Numbered from the stretch's first letter, positions 13,137 to 25,615 are shown. The stretch is DNA of 64,000 nt from Camelus ferus (GCF_009834535.1 NC_045697.1:5334001-5398000), one strand, 5' to 3'. Notes: generated from the letters alone by a model not told the origin. A program made the numbers and translations.

Positions 13137-16100
13137 TTTGGTACCAGCGCGAGTCCTGAGAAACAGATCCTCAAGACAGAATCGAGAGCTGGGTCTCTTG
13201 CCAGCCAGTTGGTGATGAGGAACCCAACACTGGTAGTCAGGGGAGCCCCCAGCCTGCGGTGGGTAGCAGTAAGGTTGCTGAGAATTTCGCCCGTGTTAAT
13301 TGGGCTATTTGCAGGCGCAGGGAATATGCATTAGCCTGTGCGCTGTCTCTGAAGTTTGGGAGATAGAGGACAAACCCTAACTGAAAGATCTGTGCAGTTG
13401 AGTGACTGTTGCTTGGCACCAGTGATGAACTGAAGGCAGGGAGCAACAGGCTAAGCCTGATTAACCACCAATTCACAGTCAAGTGTGGGAGTCAGAGGAT
13501 CCTCGTGGCTATGGTTCAGAGCCTTTTATCTGTGCAGCTGGAGGGCAGACGAACTTAATTGTTAGGTGGCAGAACTTCAGGGAAGGCGGGATTCTCAACC
13601 CCGTTGAGTCTCCTATGCCAATGTCGGGGCAATGAGGAGGACAGAGGAGATGCTTGAGACTTGGGCTGGAGACCCCTGAGGAGGTGCACCTGAGAAGTTT
13701 GAGATTCCCTTGGACCCTCTGACCCTGGAGCGGGGCCCATTCCCCTCGTTAGAAGGTCCTGGGGGGTCCCCTGCTTGAAGCCTATACTGAAGCTTCAAGA
13801 GAAGGGGATGCCTTACAAGATAAAACTCCCCCACTTCCCTCCCAGCCGGCAGACCAACAGTTAGGGTCAAGCTCAGTGTGACCTTCAACTGGGGAAGTGC
13901 TAAGTCTTCTAAGGGAGGAGAAGGATGACGTGTCCCCAGAGAGTTTAAGGACTGGCTCACGTGTACCAGCAGGAAGCTGAGAGTCCCCTCTGGAGTGGAC
14001 CTGAAGGTACTGGGTCAAGGAGGTAGAATACAAAGCTGGCAGGGGGAGGAGGGTGTAGCTCAGTGGTACAGCACGTGCTTAGCATGCACAAGGTCCTGGA
14101 TTCAGTCCCCGGTATCTCATCTAAAAAGAACAAATAAATAAACCTAATTACCTCCCCCTCTCAAAATAAATAAATAAATGAAATAAAAATTTTTTAAAAG
14201 CTGGGTGAGGGGTATTTTGCTGGGGGCACTCTCCCAATATACAGGCCTTAGTACCTTGACAAAGGGACCCAGGAAGTGGTTCTAAAATGCTGTTCTGAGA
14301 AGATGTGAAAAAGCGATGGACCTCATTATATGAAGTAGAGATGTCAGACTGTGACGGAAGGGTCTGGAAGAAGGGATCAAAAGACTGAGAGAAGAGGGCA
14401 TGCTATAGTGGATCTACATATCAGAGCAGAGAACCCACTGGCTGACTCTGTTCTCCAGAAAGGCTTGAAGGAGCCTGCATTTACCAGGGCCGTATGAAAT
14501 GCCTGGGGAGAGGGGGAGAGGCATCACTGCGGAGCTCCTCCGCGGCCCGCCTCTGTAATCTGGGGCTGGTGGGGGCAGAGGCTGTTATAAACTGAGCTGC
14601 TCAGCAGCAAGGAGCATGGCGTGACCCCCACACAGCAGAGGGGAGGTAGCTGCAATTTACTGTCCGAAACAGGGTGGGCATGGTCACCCTAGACAGGCCA
14701 TCAGGGACCCCTAGCGCGCAAATATCGAGGGACATGTCTAATAGAACACAGTGTTCCTGAAGTGAGAAGGCTAGGAAGCCAAAAAAGAAACTCATCAATT
14801 AATAAATTAATATAAAATCAAAAGAGATGAAGCCAAAAGATGAGCAGAAGGCTTGTGTCAGCCATTATGACTTAGAAAAAGCCATCATTCTTTGCCAATT
14901 TTTAAGAATGAATTTTCAAGTTTCCATTGATTGAAGAAACAGCTTGAGTCTCCAGGAGGAAGGACCTTGTACCACTCCAGGAATGATTTCCTGAGATCGT
15001 CTCAAAAAGAACCTATGGCCATTTGTGTGGCTAATTGTACACTGGAGGAAAGAAATACCCCTAGCTTTTGAAGATTGTTGGATACAGAGTCTGAGTTGAT
15101 GATGAGGAGTGCCAAGGTACCCTCATGGCGTTCCCATGAGGGCAGAGGACGTGACAGTCAGGCCTGGCCTCTGGGAATATCGAATGAATCATGGCAGAGG
15201 ACAGTGGATTACCACGAACTTAACCAATTAATTGCTCCAACTGCAGATGCTACTCCAGACATTGTATCTTTACTGGAGCAGATTTAATCCGATACACAGG
15301 ATGTGGCTCTTGACGTGCAGAAGGCATTGTCTGTGATGCCCGTTATGAAGACGGATGGGGAACAGCATGTGGTCACACGGCATGGGCAGCAGTCTACACT
15401 CACAGCTTTTCTAGGTGAACTTCCCACTTTCTGTCCCAACATAGGTTGATCCTAGACCTTCTGGATGTCCCTCAGATTACCATACTGAGAGCCCATACAC
15501 ATGGCATTATATTCACTGGACCCAAAGCCTTGGTAAGATACATGAGCTCCCAAGAGCTGGGGGCAGCGTATGGATGAAGTTTTCAGGGATCCAGTGCTCC
15601 GGGGCACGCTGGGATAGCCCCTCCAGAAGGGGACAGCTGTGGCGCTTCGCACCTTCGACCGGTAGGGCGGAAGCATGGCTACTGGTAGACCCCTTTGGGT
15701 TCTGAGGTCGGTATATTCCACACTTGCCAATACTGCTTCATCGACTTCTCAAGTGATACAAAGGCTTCTAGCTCTGAGAGGGACCCAGGGCGAGGAACAG
15801 CTCGGCCGCAGGCCCAGCGAGGCCAGCCAGGGGCCTGCGGTTCTAGGTCTGCTGCTGCAGGAAGAAGCTGCAGCGGGTCTCCAGCTGGAAGCCCCAGCTC
15901 GAAAGTCGCAGTGCAGACTCCCAGGTTCTGGAGCAGGGCTATGTCATCAGCAGGAGGACCCTTGGGACCCTTTGGAAAGTAGATCCTACCAGACTAATGC
16001 ATCGTGGTGCAGCGTCTGACTTTAGAATATCACGTGACCACGTAGTGGCCGTGTCCATCGCGTGCCAGACGTTGTCTGATTCATTAAGCCACGTGGTCAG

Positions 16101-16350
16101 GAGTGCCCAGCAGGCCTCCGTAAGCCACCCTTTGTAAGGTGGATGGGCACAGTGGAGACTGGGCTTAAGCAAGTCTAGAGGGTATCAGTACGCTGAAGAA
16201 AGAGGTGGCACAGGCCCATGGCACTCTCTGCCCACACCTGCTATTCATGAGTGTCCCCTAGGATGGATGGAGGACAGGGAAGCTGACGTCAGCTCAAGAC
16301 CTTTGTGGGGACAAAGGCCGCTGCACCCAGCTTCCCTCCAGATGGCCCTG
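13137..16350 (+). mobile_element. Decayed ERVL internal region (ERV3-16A3_I-like) with a pol remnant
   Basis: Follows the LTR and PBS. RT remnant at about 15180-15410 reads SWQRTVDYHELNQLIAPTADATPDIVSLLEQI then DVALDVQKALSVMPV...HGQQSTLT (cf. ERVL RT WRMTVDYRKLNQ...PDVVSLLEQI...IDLANAFFSIP...QGQQYTFT). Many stops and frameshifts. Confidence 0.8.
14041..14196 (+). mobile_element. tRNA-derived SINE (camelid Vic-1-like) inserted in the ERVL internal region
   Basis: gggtgtagctcagtggtacagcacgtgcttagcatgcacaaggtcctggattcagtcccc...aataaacctaattacctcccc followed by an A-rich tail; TSD aaagctgg at 14032-14039 and 14197-14204. Confidence 0.88.
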
Positions 16351-16569
16351 AGGACAGAGCCGAGGAAACTCGGTCAATCAGTAGTGCCGCAGAGGTACCT
16401 GCAGAAGGGCCAGGGGCAATGCGGTGCCTCGGGGCCCCAGGACACAGGGAGTCAGGTGATCACCAGGGGCTCTAAAGACATGGATGGGGGCAGCGGCTCG
16501 GAGGGGAGCCACTCGGATTCAAACCTGGCTCTGTTGCTCCTCAGCCGTGTGACTTCAAGCACCACCCAG

Positions 16570-16856
16570 CAGTGTGAGGAATTAACAACTCAGGGGTTAA
16601 CCTTGGCCAAGGGGAGTCAGGAGCCAATGGAAAGTCGCTTTGCTCTCTCTCCCCTGAAAGATCCTTCTGAGATGATTCTCACAAAATAGTTGGAGGACGT
16701 CGGGTCAACAGTCATCCAGAGTGGGGCCAGTGCATCCTTCTACCCAGCTTCACACGCTGCCCCCAACCCCTGCCCCTAGGACCATGCTTCTCGGCAAAGT
16801 CCTCACGCAGAGGTCTTTGTCTCAGATGCTGCTTTCTGGGGCTCCAGGCTAAGGCA
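16570..16856 (+). mobile_element. ERVL LTR fragment, LTR33-like
   Basis: gagccaatgg...ctttgtctcagatgctgctttctggggctccaggctaaggca, a typical ERVL LTR 3' end. Confidence 0.55.
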
Positions 16857-16989
16857 GGACTCACACATGGTTGTAAAGCAGAGACTGCGTTTCATTCATC
16901 TCTACGTCTTGCTGCCAGTGTTCTTCACAGAGAAAGCCAGTAAATAACCTCGTATTAAATAAGACCCTGATGAGGCCATTTTAACAAGC

Positions 16990-17455
16990 GACCTTTGTTT
17001 AGTGACTTCAAGAGGAAGAAGTTTATTTTTTGCTCATGTGAGCATCAGGGTAGAGAGTCCAGGGCTGATGAGGGGTCAGGAGCCAGGACCGTTCTGTCCT
17101 GTTTTCTGCCATCACGATGGGCTGTGGTCAGCACTTGCTCCCATCACCTTTCTGCTGGAGGAAAGAGGGAGGAGGGATGGGAGGACACGCCCACTCCTTA
17201 TGAGGACACTCACATCTGCTAGACCAGATTTGGTCACGTGGTCATTCTTCCTGCAAGAGGTGTTGAGAAGATTGGTTTTACGGAGATTAAAAAAACAATA
17301 CACAAAAGTCAATCAAACCAAGAGCTGGATTTTTGAAAGAGTAAACAAAATCGACAAACCTCTGGCCAGGCTCACCAAGCAGGAAAGAGAGAGCACACAA
17401 ATAAACAAAGTGAGAAATGAAAATGGAAGAAGCAAATGTCTCTTGCTTAAGCCCC
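16990..17455 (-). mobile_element. MaLR LTR (MLT1J-like), interrupted by the L1 ORF2 fragment
   Basis: gaagtttatt...agtccagggctg...ggtcacgtggtc...ctgcaagagg..gagaa | aaatgt. Confidence 0.55.
17282..17432 (+). mobile_element. Isolated internal LINE-1 ORF2 fragment
   Basis: Translates KVNQTKSWIFERVNKIDKPLARLTKQERESTQINKVRNENG, the ORF2 region between endonuclease and RT. Confidence 0.88.
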
Positions 17456-17944
17456 AGGTTTTGGAAATTTGGTTGAGCTGCCTAAGACACCAGCCAACAC
17501 TGGGGGACCCCATCCCCAGAGGGGGTCAGGGAGGATGGAAGCTGGGAGATAGGAGCATCCTCTGACACAGATGAAACTTCCTCCTGGAATCCACAACTGC
17601 ACACCCCCTCCCATAGAAAACAAACCAGCGTCTGATGGGAATACACTGAACACGAGTGACATTGATTTAGGCCTTCCTGGGAGTAGAGACCCGGCTAAGA
17701 TTTTTACATTCAGGATCAACTAGAAACTTCAGAACAGTTCTACAAGGCTGGGGGTCTCTTATCCCCATTTTACAGATCAGATAAAGGAGGCTTAGGGTGC
17801 TAACAACTCTTCCAGGAAGTGCCACAGTTGGAATTTGACCCAAAGCATAGCTTTCAGAGCCAATGCTTTTGATCCCCACGTCACATTGACTCCCTGGACT
17901 CCCTTCTGATCCTTTCTGGAACTTAATGGGGAACAAACTCTAGG

Positions 17945-18445
17945 GTGGCCCTGTGACCTGATGTTCGTGCTCTAATGTGAGCCCCTCTCTTCAGGGGTGG
18001 GCAGGACCCATGATGTGCTGCTGGACACACGGACTGTGGAGAAGATGATGGATGTGTGGGGTTAGGCATGTGTGATTACATGACCTAGGACTGACGACCG
18101 TCTTGCTGGGTGTGAAGGAGCTGGCTGCCTTGTTGTAAGTTGCCCTATGGAGAGGGCCACATGGCAGTGACCTGAGGGCAGCCTCAGCCTCCAGCCAAAA
18201 AGAAAGTGGGCCCTCAGTCCAGCAGTCTGCAAGGAACTGGCGACAACAACGCGAGCTTGGAAGCGGATGCCCTCCCCAGTCAAGCCTTGGGCGAGACCAC
18301 CCCAGTCAACACCTGGTCACAAGATCCAGGGCAGAGGACTCAGCCAAGCCGCGCCCAGACTCCCAACCCACAGAAGCTATGAGATGATCAATGGGAGACT
18401 GATTAAGCTGCTAGTTTAAGTGAGTTGGTACTACATAACTAATAC
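17945..18445 (+). mobile_element. MaLR LTR (MLT1E/F-like)
   Basis: ggagagggccacatggc...gcttggaagcggat...cagactcccaacccacagaagctatgagat...ttaagctgcta...taactaatac. Confidence 0.75.
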
Positions 18446-18510
18446 TGTCTTAGTTCCCCTCTGGAAAAGGGCAAATACACACAGGAAGGAAGCCCTTCCC
18501 TGTACCCAGC

Positions 18511-18950
18511 TGTATTAGTTTTCACAAAATGCCACAAAATTCCTGGAACTTTGAAATAGCACAAAGTTATTCTCTAACGGTTTGGTTATCAAAAGTCCAA
18601 AATCAGTCTCCCTGGTTCCTTCTGAAGGCCCTAAGGCAGAATCTGTCTCCTTGTTTTTTCAGCTTCTAGAGGCTGTCATGTTTCTTGGCCATGACCCCTT
18701 CCTACATCTTCAGGATGATCAGCTTTTATCAAAACCTTCTCAGGCTGCCATCTCTCTTCTGCCTCCCTCTTCCACTCTAGAGAGCCTTATGATTACACTG
18801 GACCGCTGCTAATCCAAGATAATCTCGAGGACATTAAGGACCTTAATACCATCTGCCATCGTAACTCCTCATCTTAATGCTGTGAAACCTGACATGGTCA
18901 CAGATTCTGGGGACTAGAACGTGGACCTCTCTGGGTACTTTTATGCTGCT
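18511..18950 (-). mobile_element. MaLR LTR (MLT1D-like)
   Basis: tgtattagttt...cagcttctagaggctg...atccaagataatctc...ggggactagaacgtggac. Confidence 0.7.
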
Positions 18951-18984
18951 TAGTGCGATATGATACACCCAGTGCTAGCACTAA

Positions 18985-19155
18985 AAAGATCATTTCATTT
19001 AGTCCTCAGAACAACCAAATAAAGTAAGTAGTATTATAATTCCCATTTTACAGATGAGAAGGAAGGGCAGTGAGGGTTTATGCAATCTCCCCAAAGTCCC
19101 ACAGCTTGTAGTTCAAACCAGAAAATTTAGATTCAAAGCCCACTCTCTTGGCCAC
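18985..19155 (-). mobile_element. MIR SINE
   Basis: tcatttagtcctcagaacaacc...cccattttacagatgagaa...cccaaagtcccacagct. Confidence 0.75.
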
Positions 19156-21363
19156 ATCGCTTCCCATGAAATGCCCACTGTGTGTCAGACACCGTGCTAC
19201 ATACATGTTGATATAAAGAAACCCTTAACTCTCAAGCTGGCAATGGGAAGAGAATCTCCATTGCGGGATGGGGTGGGGCCATCACAGTCCCAATGATCCT
19301 TTCTTTGTGGACATCGTGCTGCTGGCTGCTGCTACCATGATCCACCTTTCTGGTCTGGGAGAGGCTGGGTGGTCCCCCTTAGACATGCTCACCAAGCCCA
19401 GATGAAGGGCCAACAGCTGCACATTTCCCTGAAGCCCACCTACGAGAGGGGCCAATCATGCCCGGGACAGTCAGATGGAGACGTTGTACTTACAGAACTT
19501 CTCTCAAGAGTAGACTGCCTGGAAAGAATCCCCACGTGAGCTGGAGAATAAGACCTCCCCCGCCTCCAGAGGCAGACTTCACGATCAGTGGAACGGCTGC
19601 TAAACTCTAGTCTGAGTAGGGAGGTCCCAGTTAACTGCAGAAGTTTCATTTTACTCTGTGAAACCTGCAAGTCTGGGCCAGAGCAGAATTGTTACGACAG
19701 TGGAGGAGATGCTGAACTGCCACCAGGGGTCCTCCTTCTCCACGCCTGCCACCCCTTCCCCACAAACACGAAGTAAGTACTTAGGGAGCATCAGCTGGAG
19801 AGGAAAATTGTTAGCCTGCTCAGGGGTCCCACACATTTCCACCCACTTCACAGAGATTCTTCCCTTGAAGCAGATTTCTATCCTGATTTTTTTTCCCCTA
19901 GAGGCCAGAGGATTCCAAAACGGGAATAAATATGGAGAGTGACATACAAGTACTCAGCAAGCTATGCCATCCTAGCTTCTGACCTGCTTCCATCTTAGTA
20001 CCCACAGCCCAGACGCTGCCCTGCCAGCTCCCCCTGCCTGTTGTGAACACTAATCGAAGAGATACAGGCAGTCTCCTCCCTCCCTTGCCCAAGGCTCACC
20101 CTCTAAGGTCCAGCTTCCCAGCTGAGGACCCAGCTCACACCACATACACACCAGAAAGAGGAAGCATAGAATTCACAGGGCTCCTCCCCACACTAACTTA
20201 GGGAAGTACCATTCGCTCTTTGTGTGGAGCAGAAACTGAGGACAAGGAGATGCTGTGATTTGCCCAAGCCATGATGCCGTGGGTAGCAGTCATGGTTTGA
20301 TCAAGCCTCTTCAGGCTGAAGAAACCTCATGGCCTCCCCATCATAAAATTTAAAAAAAGAATAAGCACACATAATTTTTCTTGGCCTCGCTGCCCCAAAC
20401 CCTGCTCATGTCACTACTTAATATTCAAATGTGCAGAATTTCCATGCTGGAGAATAAAAAAATTAAAAGATTTTCCCTAGAAGGCCTCGGAGCTTGATTT
20501 CTCACAAATGGCCCCAAGGATGGAAAAAGCCTCCCAAATTGAGACTGGCAGGAAAGCAGGGTCCATTTTGTCTGATATTTCTTCTCTCCTATCTTGGCAC
20601 CAGTAGGCTTGGCTTGTGCCAGTGGAAAATTCCCAAGTGCCAAGCAGTTCTCAGATAAACTGCGCGCCAAAAAAGAAAAAGAAAAAGAAAAAAAAAAAAG
20701 AAGCCTTTCAACTAAGACAGCTCATGAAAGATTAAGGCAGGGCTCCAGCCAAATTGTGTTTTTTCAGATTCCTGACATCTTTTTTATGTCCATCAGCAGG
20801 TTTGCACCCAGCCTCAGCCTGTCACTGAGACCAGCACTGGGTCGCACCAGAACCTGGATTTAGGGTTCCAGACAGCCCTAGACTTGGGGTTTGGCAATTC
20901 CCTGTGGGGAGGAATGGGGGCTGCCTGGAGGGCCGGGGAGGAGCAGAGATCCAGGAGAGGAGGGGCTCAAGCTCAGAGACCATCAGACCAAAATGACAGT
21001 GGCCCTGGGCCTGCTGGAGAGCTCAGACTGGGTCAGACTGGAGAATGGACAGAGGTAGAGATTCAGAGAAGGTGGGAAAGAATGAGAGAGATAGAGAATA
21101 ACAGGCAAACGATGCTACCTCATAGAGACAAGACAGAATATGTAATGCTCAATTCATAAGATAAAAGACTTTTTTTTATCCTACATCATGCAATCTCCTA
21201 TTAATAATGGCATTACTGTGTTCATTTAGCCAACATTTATTAAGCACCTAAGTGTCAGGCATGGTGTAGACGTGGAGAATTCTACAGTGAGAACAGCCAC
21301 AGTGGCGGCTGCGGGGAGTTTTCATCCTGAGAGTAAAGACAGGCATTAAGAACAACAGCGACG

Positions 21364-21919
21364 AAAAGTTGGTTTTCTAGGTCTGCGAGTCTGTCTCTGT
21401 TTTGTAAGTAAGTTCATTTGTGTCACTTTTTTTAGATTCCACGTAAAAGTGATATCATATGGTATTTTTCTGTCTCTTTCTGGCTTACTTCACTCAGTAT
21501 GACGATCTCAATACTGGCGGGAAACGGGGTGGGAAGGGACAAATTGGGAGTTCGAGATTTGCAGATACTAATTATTATGTATAAAATAGATAAACAACAA
21601 GTTTCTACTGTACAGCACAGGGAACTCTCTTCAATAGCTTGTAGTAACCTATAATGAAAGAGTATGAAAAGCAATATATACATATGTATCTGTATGACTG
21701 AAAAGTGATGCTCTACACCAGAAATTGACACAACATTGTAACTGACTATACTGCAATAAAAAAAATTAGTAACAGCCAAGGTTTTCATCTCGGCATCTGA
21801 GTTTTCTGATTTTGCTTGGCTCCTCTTTATAGTCGCTAGTTCCTTTTTACTTACTATGCTGTACATCAGAAACCAACACAACATTGTAAATCAACTATAC
21901 TTTAATTGAAAAATGAATA
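21364..21919 (+). mobile_element. LINE-1 3' fragment with an inverted 5' segment, followed by a second L1 tail
   Basis: 21365-21509 is the reverse complement of L1 sequence matching about 3285-3425. About 21512-21765 is the forward continuation to the A tail, and 21855-21919 is another L1 terminal piece. Confidence 0.88.
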
Positions 21920-22819
21920 AATAGCAGTGACGTAACAGAGCTAAGTAGTGTTGACTGAGCTGCACGGGACGGAGACATCTGATGCTTATTGGACATTGGT
22001 GGTTTTATAACATGTGTTCACCTAGGGCCACTGTTAATCTCTGAACAAGCTTGCAAGGTAGGTATGACGGTTATAATCAGGGGTCATTCCACATCAGAGA
22101 TGAAGAAACAGGTGCAGAGAAGGGAAGGAGTTGGCTGCTGGGGTCACACAGGGCAGCCCTGAGGGCAGGAGGGCCTTCCCCTGGGCTGAGACACTCTCCC
22201 TCAGTGCAGGGTGGGGGGCTTCTGTTCCCAGGCAGATCCAGGTGGAGGTGCAGGTCCAACACAGCTGGGGCTGGCCAGTGCCACTGTGTGGGGAGGCTGC
22301 CTACCTGGGATCCCCACTCTTAGGCTTTTGCTTGCCGCATGACATTAGCAAGTCACTGCCTTTTCTGGGCTCGTCTCAGTTAACAGGGTTGGGCTCCTGT
22401 GGACCCTTCCAACCATGACTTTCTCTGAGGTCAAGAACAGGCCGAGACTTCATCTGGGCTCTACCTCATCGCTCCTGGACACTGGAGATGCCAAGGCTGA
22501 TTTCAGAGCCCTGATTCTTCAAGGACTGTGTTAGCTGAGTCATGCACAGACTCTTATTTAAAACGCCTTTGCCTGAGCCCCCTGCCAGGGGAGGTAGCCC
22601 TGGGAGGAAGAGCCGGTGGTTCCCATGTACACCGCACAGTGGTGACTACAGGGCAAGAAGTGAACACCAAGGAAAGAAAGTGCAAAGAAGCATCAGCCCG
22701 AGGTTGGTGTGCAGGCCTCCAGACACCACGCCCTGACTCCTGAGGTGCCCGTTCCCCGTACGCGGGAGAACCCGGAGATGCTCTGACACTTTCACTTTTA
22801 AAAACGTTTTCAATGGCTT

Positions 22820-23245
22820 ATGTTAGTTTCCTGTGGCTTCCATAACAAATACCCACAGACTCGGTGGCTTTGAATAACAGAAATTTGTTCTTCCATGGTC
22901 TAGAGGTCGAAGTCCAAACTCAAGGTTTCAGCAGGGCCTCTAGGAGAGGATGCTACTTGTCTCTTCCAGCTCCTGGTGCCTGTGATTATTCCTGGGTGTG
23001 TGGTAACATCACTCCAGTCCCTGCCCCTGTGGTCACATTGCATCCTCTATGTGCCTCCTCTATGTGCCTCCTCTAACGACACTTCTCTTTGGATTCAGGG
23101 TCCACACGGATCACCCAGAATGATCTCCTTATCTCAAGATCCTTAATTTAATCACATCTGCAAAGGCTAATTTTCCATATAAGATCACATTTTTCAGGTT
23201 CAGGGGTTAGGACATATCTTTTGGAGGGCTACCATTCAACCTGGA
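22820..23245 (-). mobile_element. MaLR LTR (MLT1C-like)
   Basis: ttagtttcctgtggct..ataacaaatacccacagact..gtggctt...atctcaagatccttaatttaatcacatctgcaaag. Confidence 0.8.
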
Positions 23246-23769
23246 CATGGCAATATTTCAACTACTTCTATGCTTTATATAATGGAGTTGTGCTGGACTG
23301 TACCCTCTGTGACGCCACCATTTTTAAGATGGGAAAACTGAGACCCAAGAGACTTGATTGATCCCAAGTCACATGGCAAAAGAGTCATGGACCTATGTGT
23401 CCCTACACAGGGAGTGGATAATTATGTGTTGGCAGGTTTTATTGTGGAATGTTATGCTCCTGTTAAAAAGGATGAGGTTGATTTAATGGGCTGGGGTAGA
23501 CTGATAACCCAGACTGATGGTTGGATTAGAAAAGGAAGCTACAGAATAAGGTTGACAGCCCGATGGTGTGTGTTCATGTGCACAGAGGGTCAGGATGCTG
23601 CACGGGGTGAGGTTAGAGGTCAGGCTGCAGAGACACACCTGGTCCTGACCTCCTCCTCTCCGCTCATCCACACTGGCTCTGGGCAAGTTACACGTCTGGC
23701 AGCGCTTCCCTTTCTTCGTCTGTAGCATGAGGACAAAAATAGTGCTTAGCTCCTGGGTCATTAGCAGTA

Positions 23770-24380
23770 ACCAGTGGTAAGAGAGTAATATTCTCCAGGA
23801 GAAATGATTCCAAGGGGGTAAAAATGAATCTGAGAGATTATCTAGTATGTGTTAATTTGCTTAGAATAGTTTCCATTTCTGGAAAAGTGAGGAGATGAAT
23901 TAATAACAAGCACATGGGGAATTAAATAAAATGTAAAGGCGATTATCAACTCCAGGAAAAAGAAAAAGTTATACAAGAGAGGAAATGTAATTAAAGTTAG
24001 CATACTACGTGGTATGATTGTGAACACAGTTCACATGGTCATAATAATAAACACTGAATATTGATTTAACAAGAAGTAAAATTATAATCAGACTGGTAAG
24101 AGGAGGATTGGGGGAATTAGTATTAGAGCAAATCTTCATCTTGGTAACAGAAAGTCCACTGATAATGTTTAACACAGAAAAATCAAGGATTATCAGTGTA
24201 GAGATATTACTTAGAGAAAGGGAAGAAAATGTCAGAGGAAATAACTAAAAGTTGAAAATGGTTGCATCTGTGCCAGAGAATTGAGGTGGGCAGGATGAAG
24301 ACTGCTCTTTTTCATTACAAGTCTTTTAGAACCAATTGAGTGTAACTATAGAAACTTACTTCTTAAATTAAAAAAAAATC
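23770..24380 (+). mobile_element. Ancient L1M (L1ME/L1MC-type) 3' UTR remnant
   Basis: AT-rich block ending aaaagttgaaaatggttgcatctg...gactgctctttttcattacaagtcttttagaacc followed by an A run. Confidence 0.55.
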
Positions 24381-25475
24381 CGAATTAATTCTAAAAACAA
24401 CTTTTAAAAACTGATCATCTCTCGGGAGAAGAGTGGAAATATGTTCTATATTGTTTGCAGCTTTGTTTATTTTTCAGTGAGAATTTCTTTAAAATATGGC
24501 TTATATTTTTTAAAAAGCTAAATTTTTAGTGGATAACAAAAAGGATTGTGGCTTTGTACCCAGGACTCTGACTCTCTGTGGGGACAGGGCTGGCATCTAA
24601 GGACAGGGTAGGTGAAAGTTGGACCAGCAAGACATGTAGGACTTGGAACACAGAGGCACAGGGGGAAGGGAATTCCCAGCTGGGAAAAGACATGAAATCT
24701 TTGGCTCAAGACAAGAAACCCACACAAAGATTTTGGTTTGAAGCTTTGGAAAACATTTGTTTTTGTTCCTCATAAAAAAAGGATGACGAACTGAATTATT
24801 TGAAGTGTGGTTTTAACATGGAAAAAAACTAATAACATTTCATTAGCATTCTCTTACCAGGCTGTTATTAACAAGTCCAAAGACTGATCTTAAGAGTTCA
24901 AGTTCTTTATCACCTCCAGTGAAAACCATTAACACCAGGAAAGAGTTTGAGGTTGGTTTGTTTCTTGTTTGCTTTTATTCCCCCAACATTCTTTCTTCTT
25001 CTTCTAAGTGTTTTACTTGATTTGTGTTTTTGCAACAACTTCCAGAATGCTTTCAGAGCTTATTAACGTGTGAAAAAGGCACTTAAAGCAAGTGTGGGTG
25101 GACTGAACTGACATGGACATGAAAGTCACACAGAACGTTAATTTGAATTCCAGATATGGACTCATTAACTGCGTGACCGTGTGCAACTGACTCACCCACC
25201 CTGGGCTCCTCTATTCCCTGGACAACAGGGATGGGGCAGGATGCCAATCCCACATGTTGATGTGTACATTATATTAAGGAACAGGAGTAAGGAACCTAGT
25301 AGGTGCTTGGCAAACAAAAATCACTCTTTCTTTCTCCCAACCACATAAAGAAAAGTACCCAAATACTAAGGACTTAAATGACCCTTATCCTCATTTCATC
25401 CTAGCAGAATTTCCTGTGTTCACCTGCACTTTGAGAACTGCCCAGAAGTCCTTGTCAAGAATGGTCTTATAAGGT

Positions 25476-25615
25476 GGGGGAGGGTATAGCTCAATGGTAG
25501 AGCATAATGCCTAGCATGCACGGGGTCCTGGGTTCAATCCTGGGTATCTCCATTAAGATAAGTAAATACACCTAATTACCTCCCCCCTTCAAAACAAAAC
25601 AAAAATAAAAATAAA
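25476..25615 (+). mobile_element. tRNA-derived SINE (camelid Vic-1-like)
   Basis: ggggagggtatagctcaatggtagagc...ggtcctgggttcaatcc...cctaattacctcccccc followed by an A-rich tail; same family as the copy at 14041. Confidence 0.88.

Noticed and set aside
14050..14115. tRNA-like sequences here and at 1590-1660 and 25480-25550
   Set aside because: They have A-rich tails, TSDs (clear for two copies) and degenerate stems, so they are SINE heads, not tRNA genes.
15075..15420. Reverse-transcriptase-like peptide as a functional RT
   Set aside because: Short, interrupted by stops, no YxDD motif visible; a fossil ERVL.
17002..17565. 187-aa ORF containing an L1 ORF2 peptide, as a possible domesticated gene
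   Set aside because: A chance read-through of MLT1 and L1 fragments, with no promoter or splice support.
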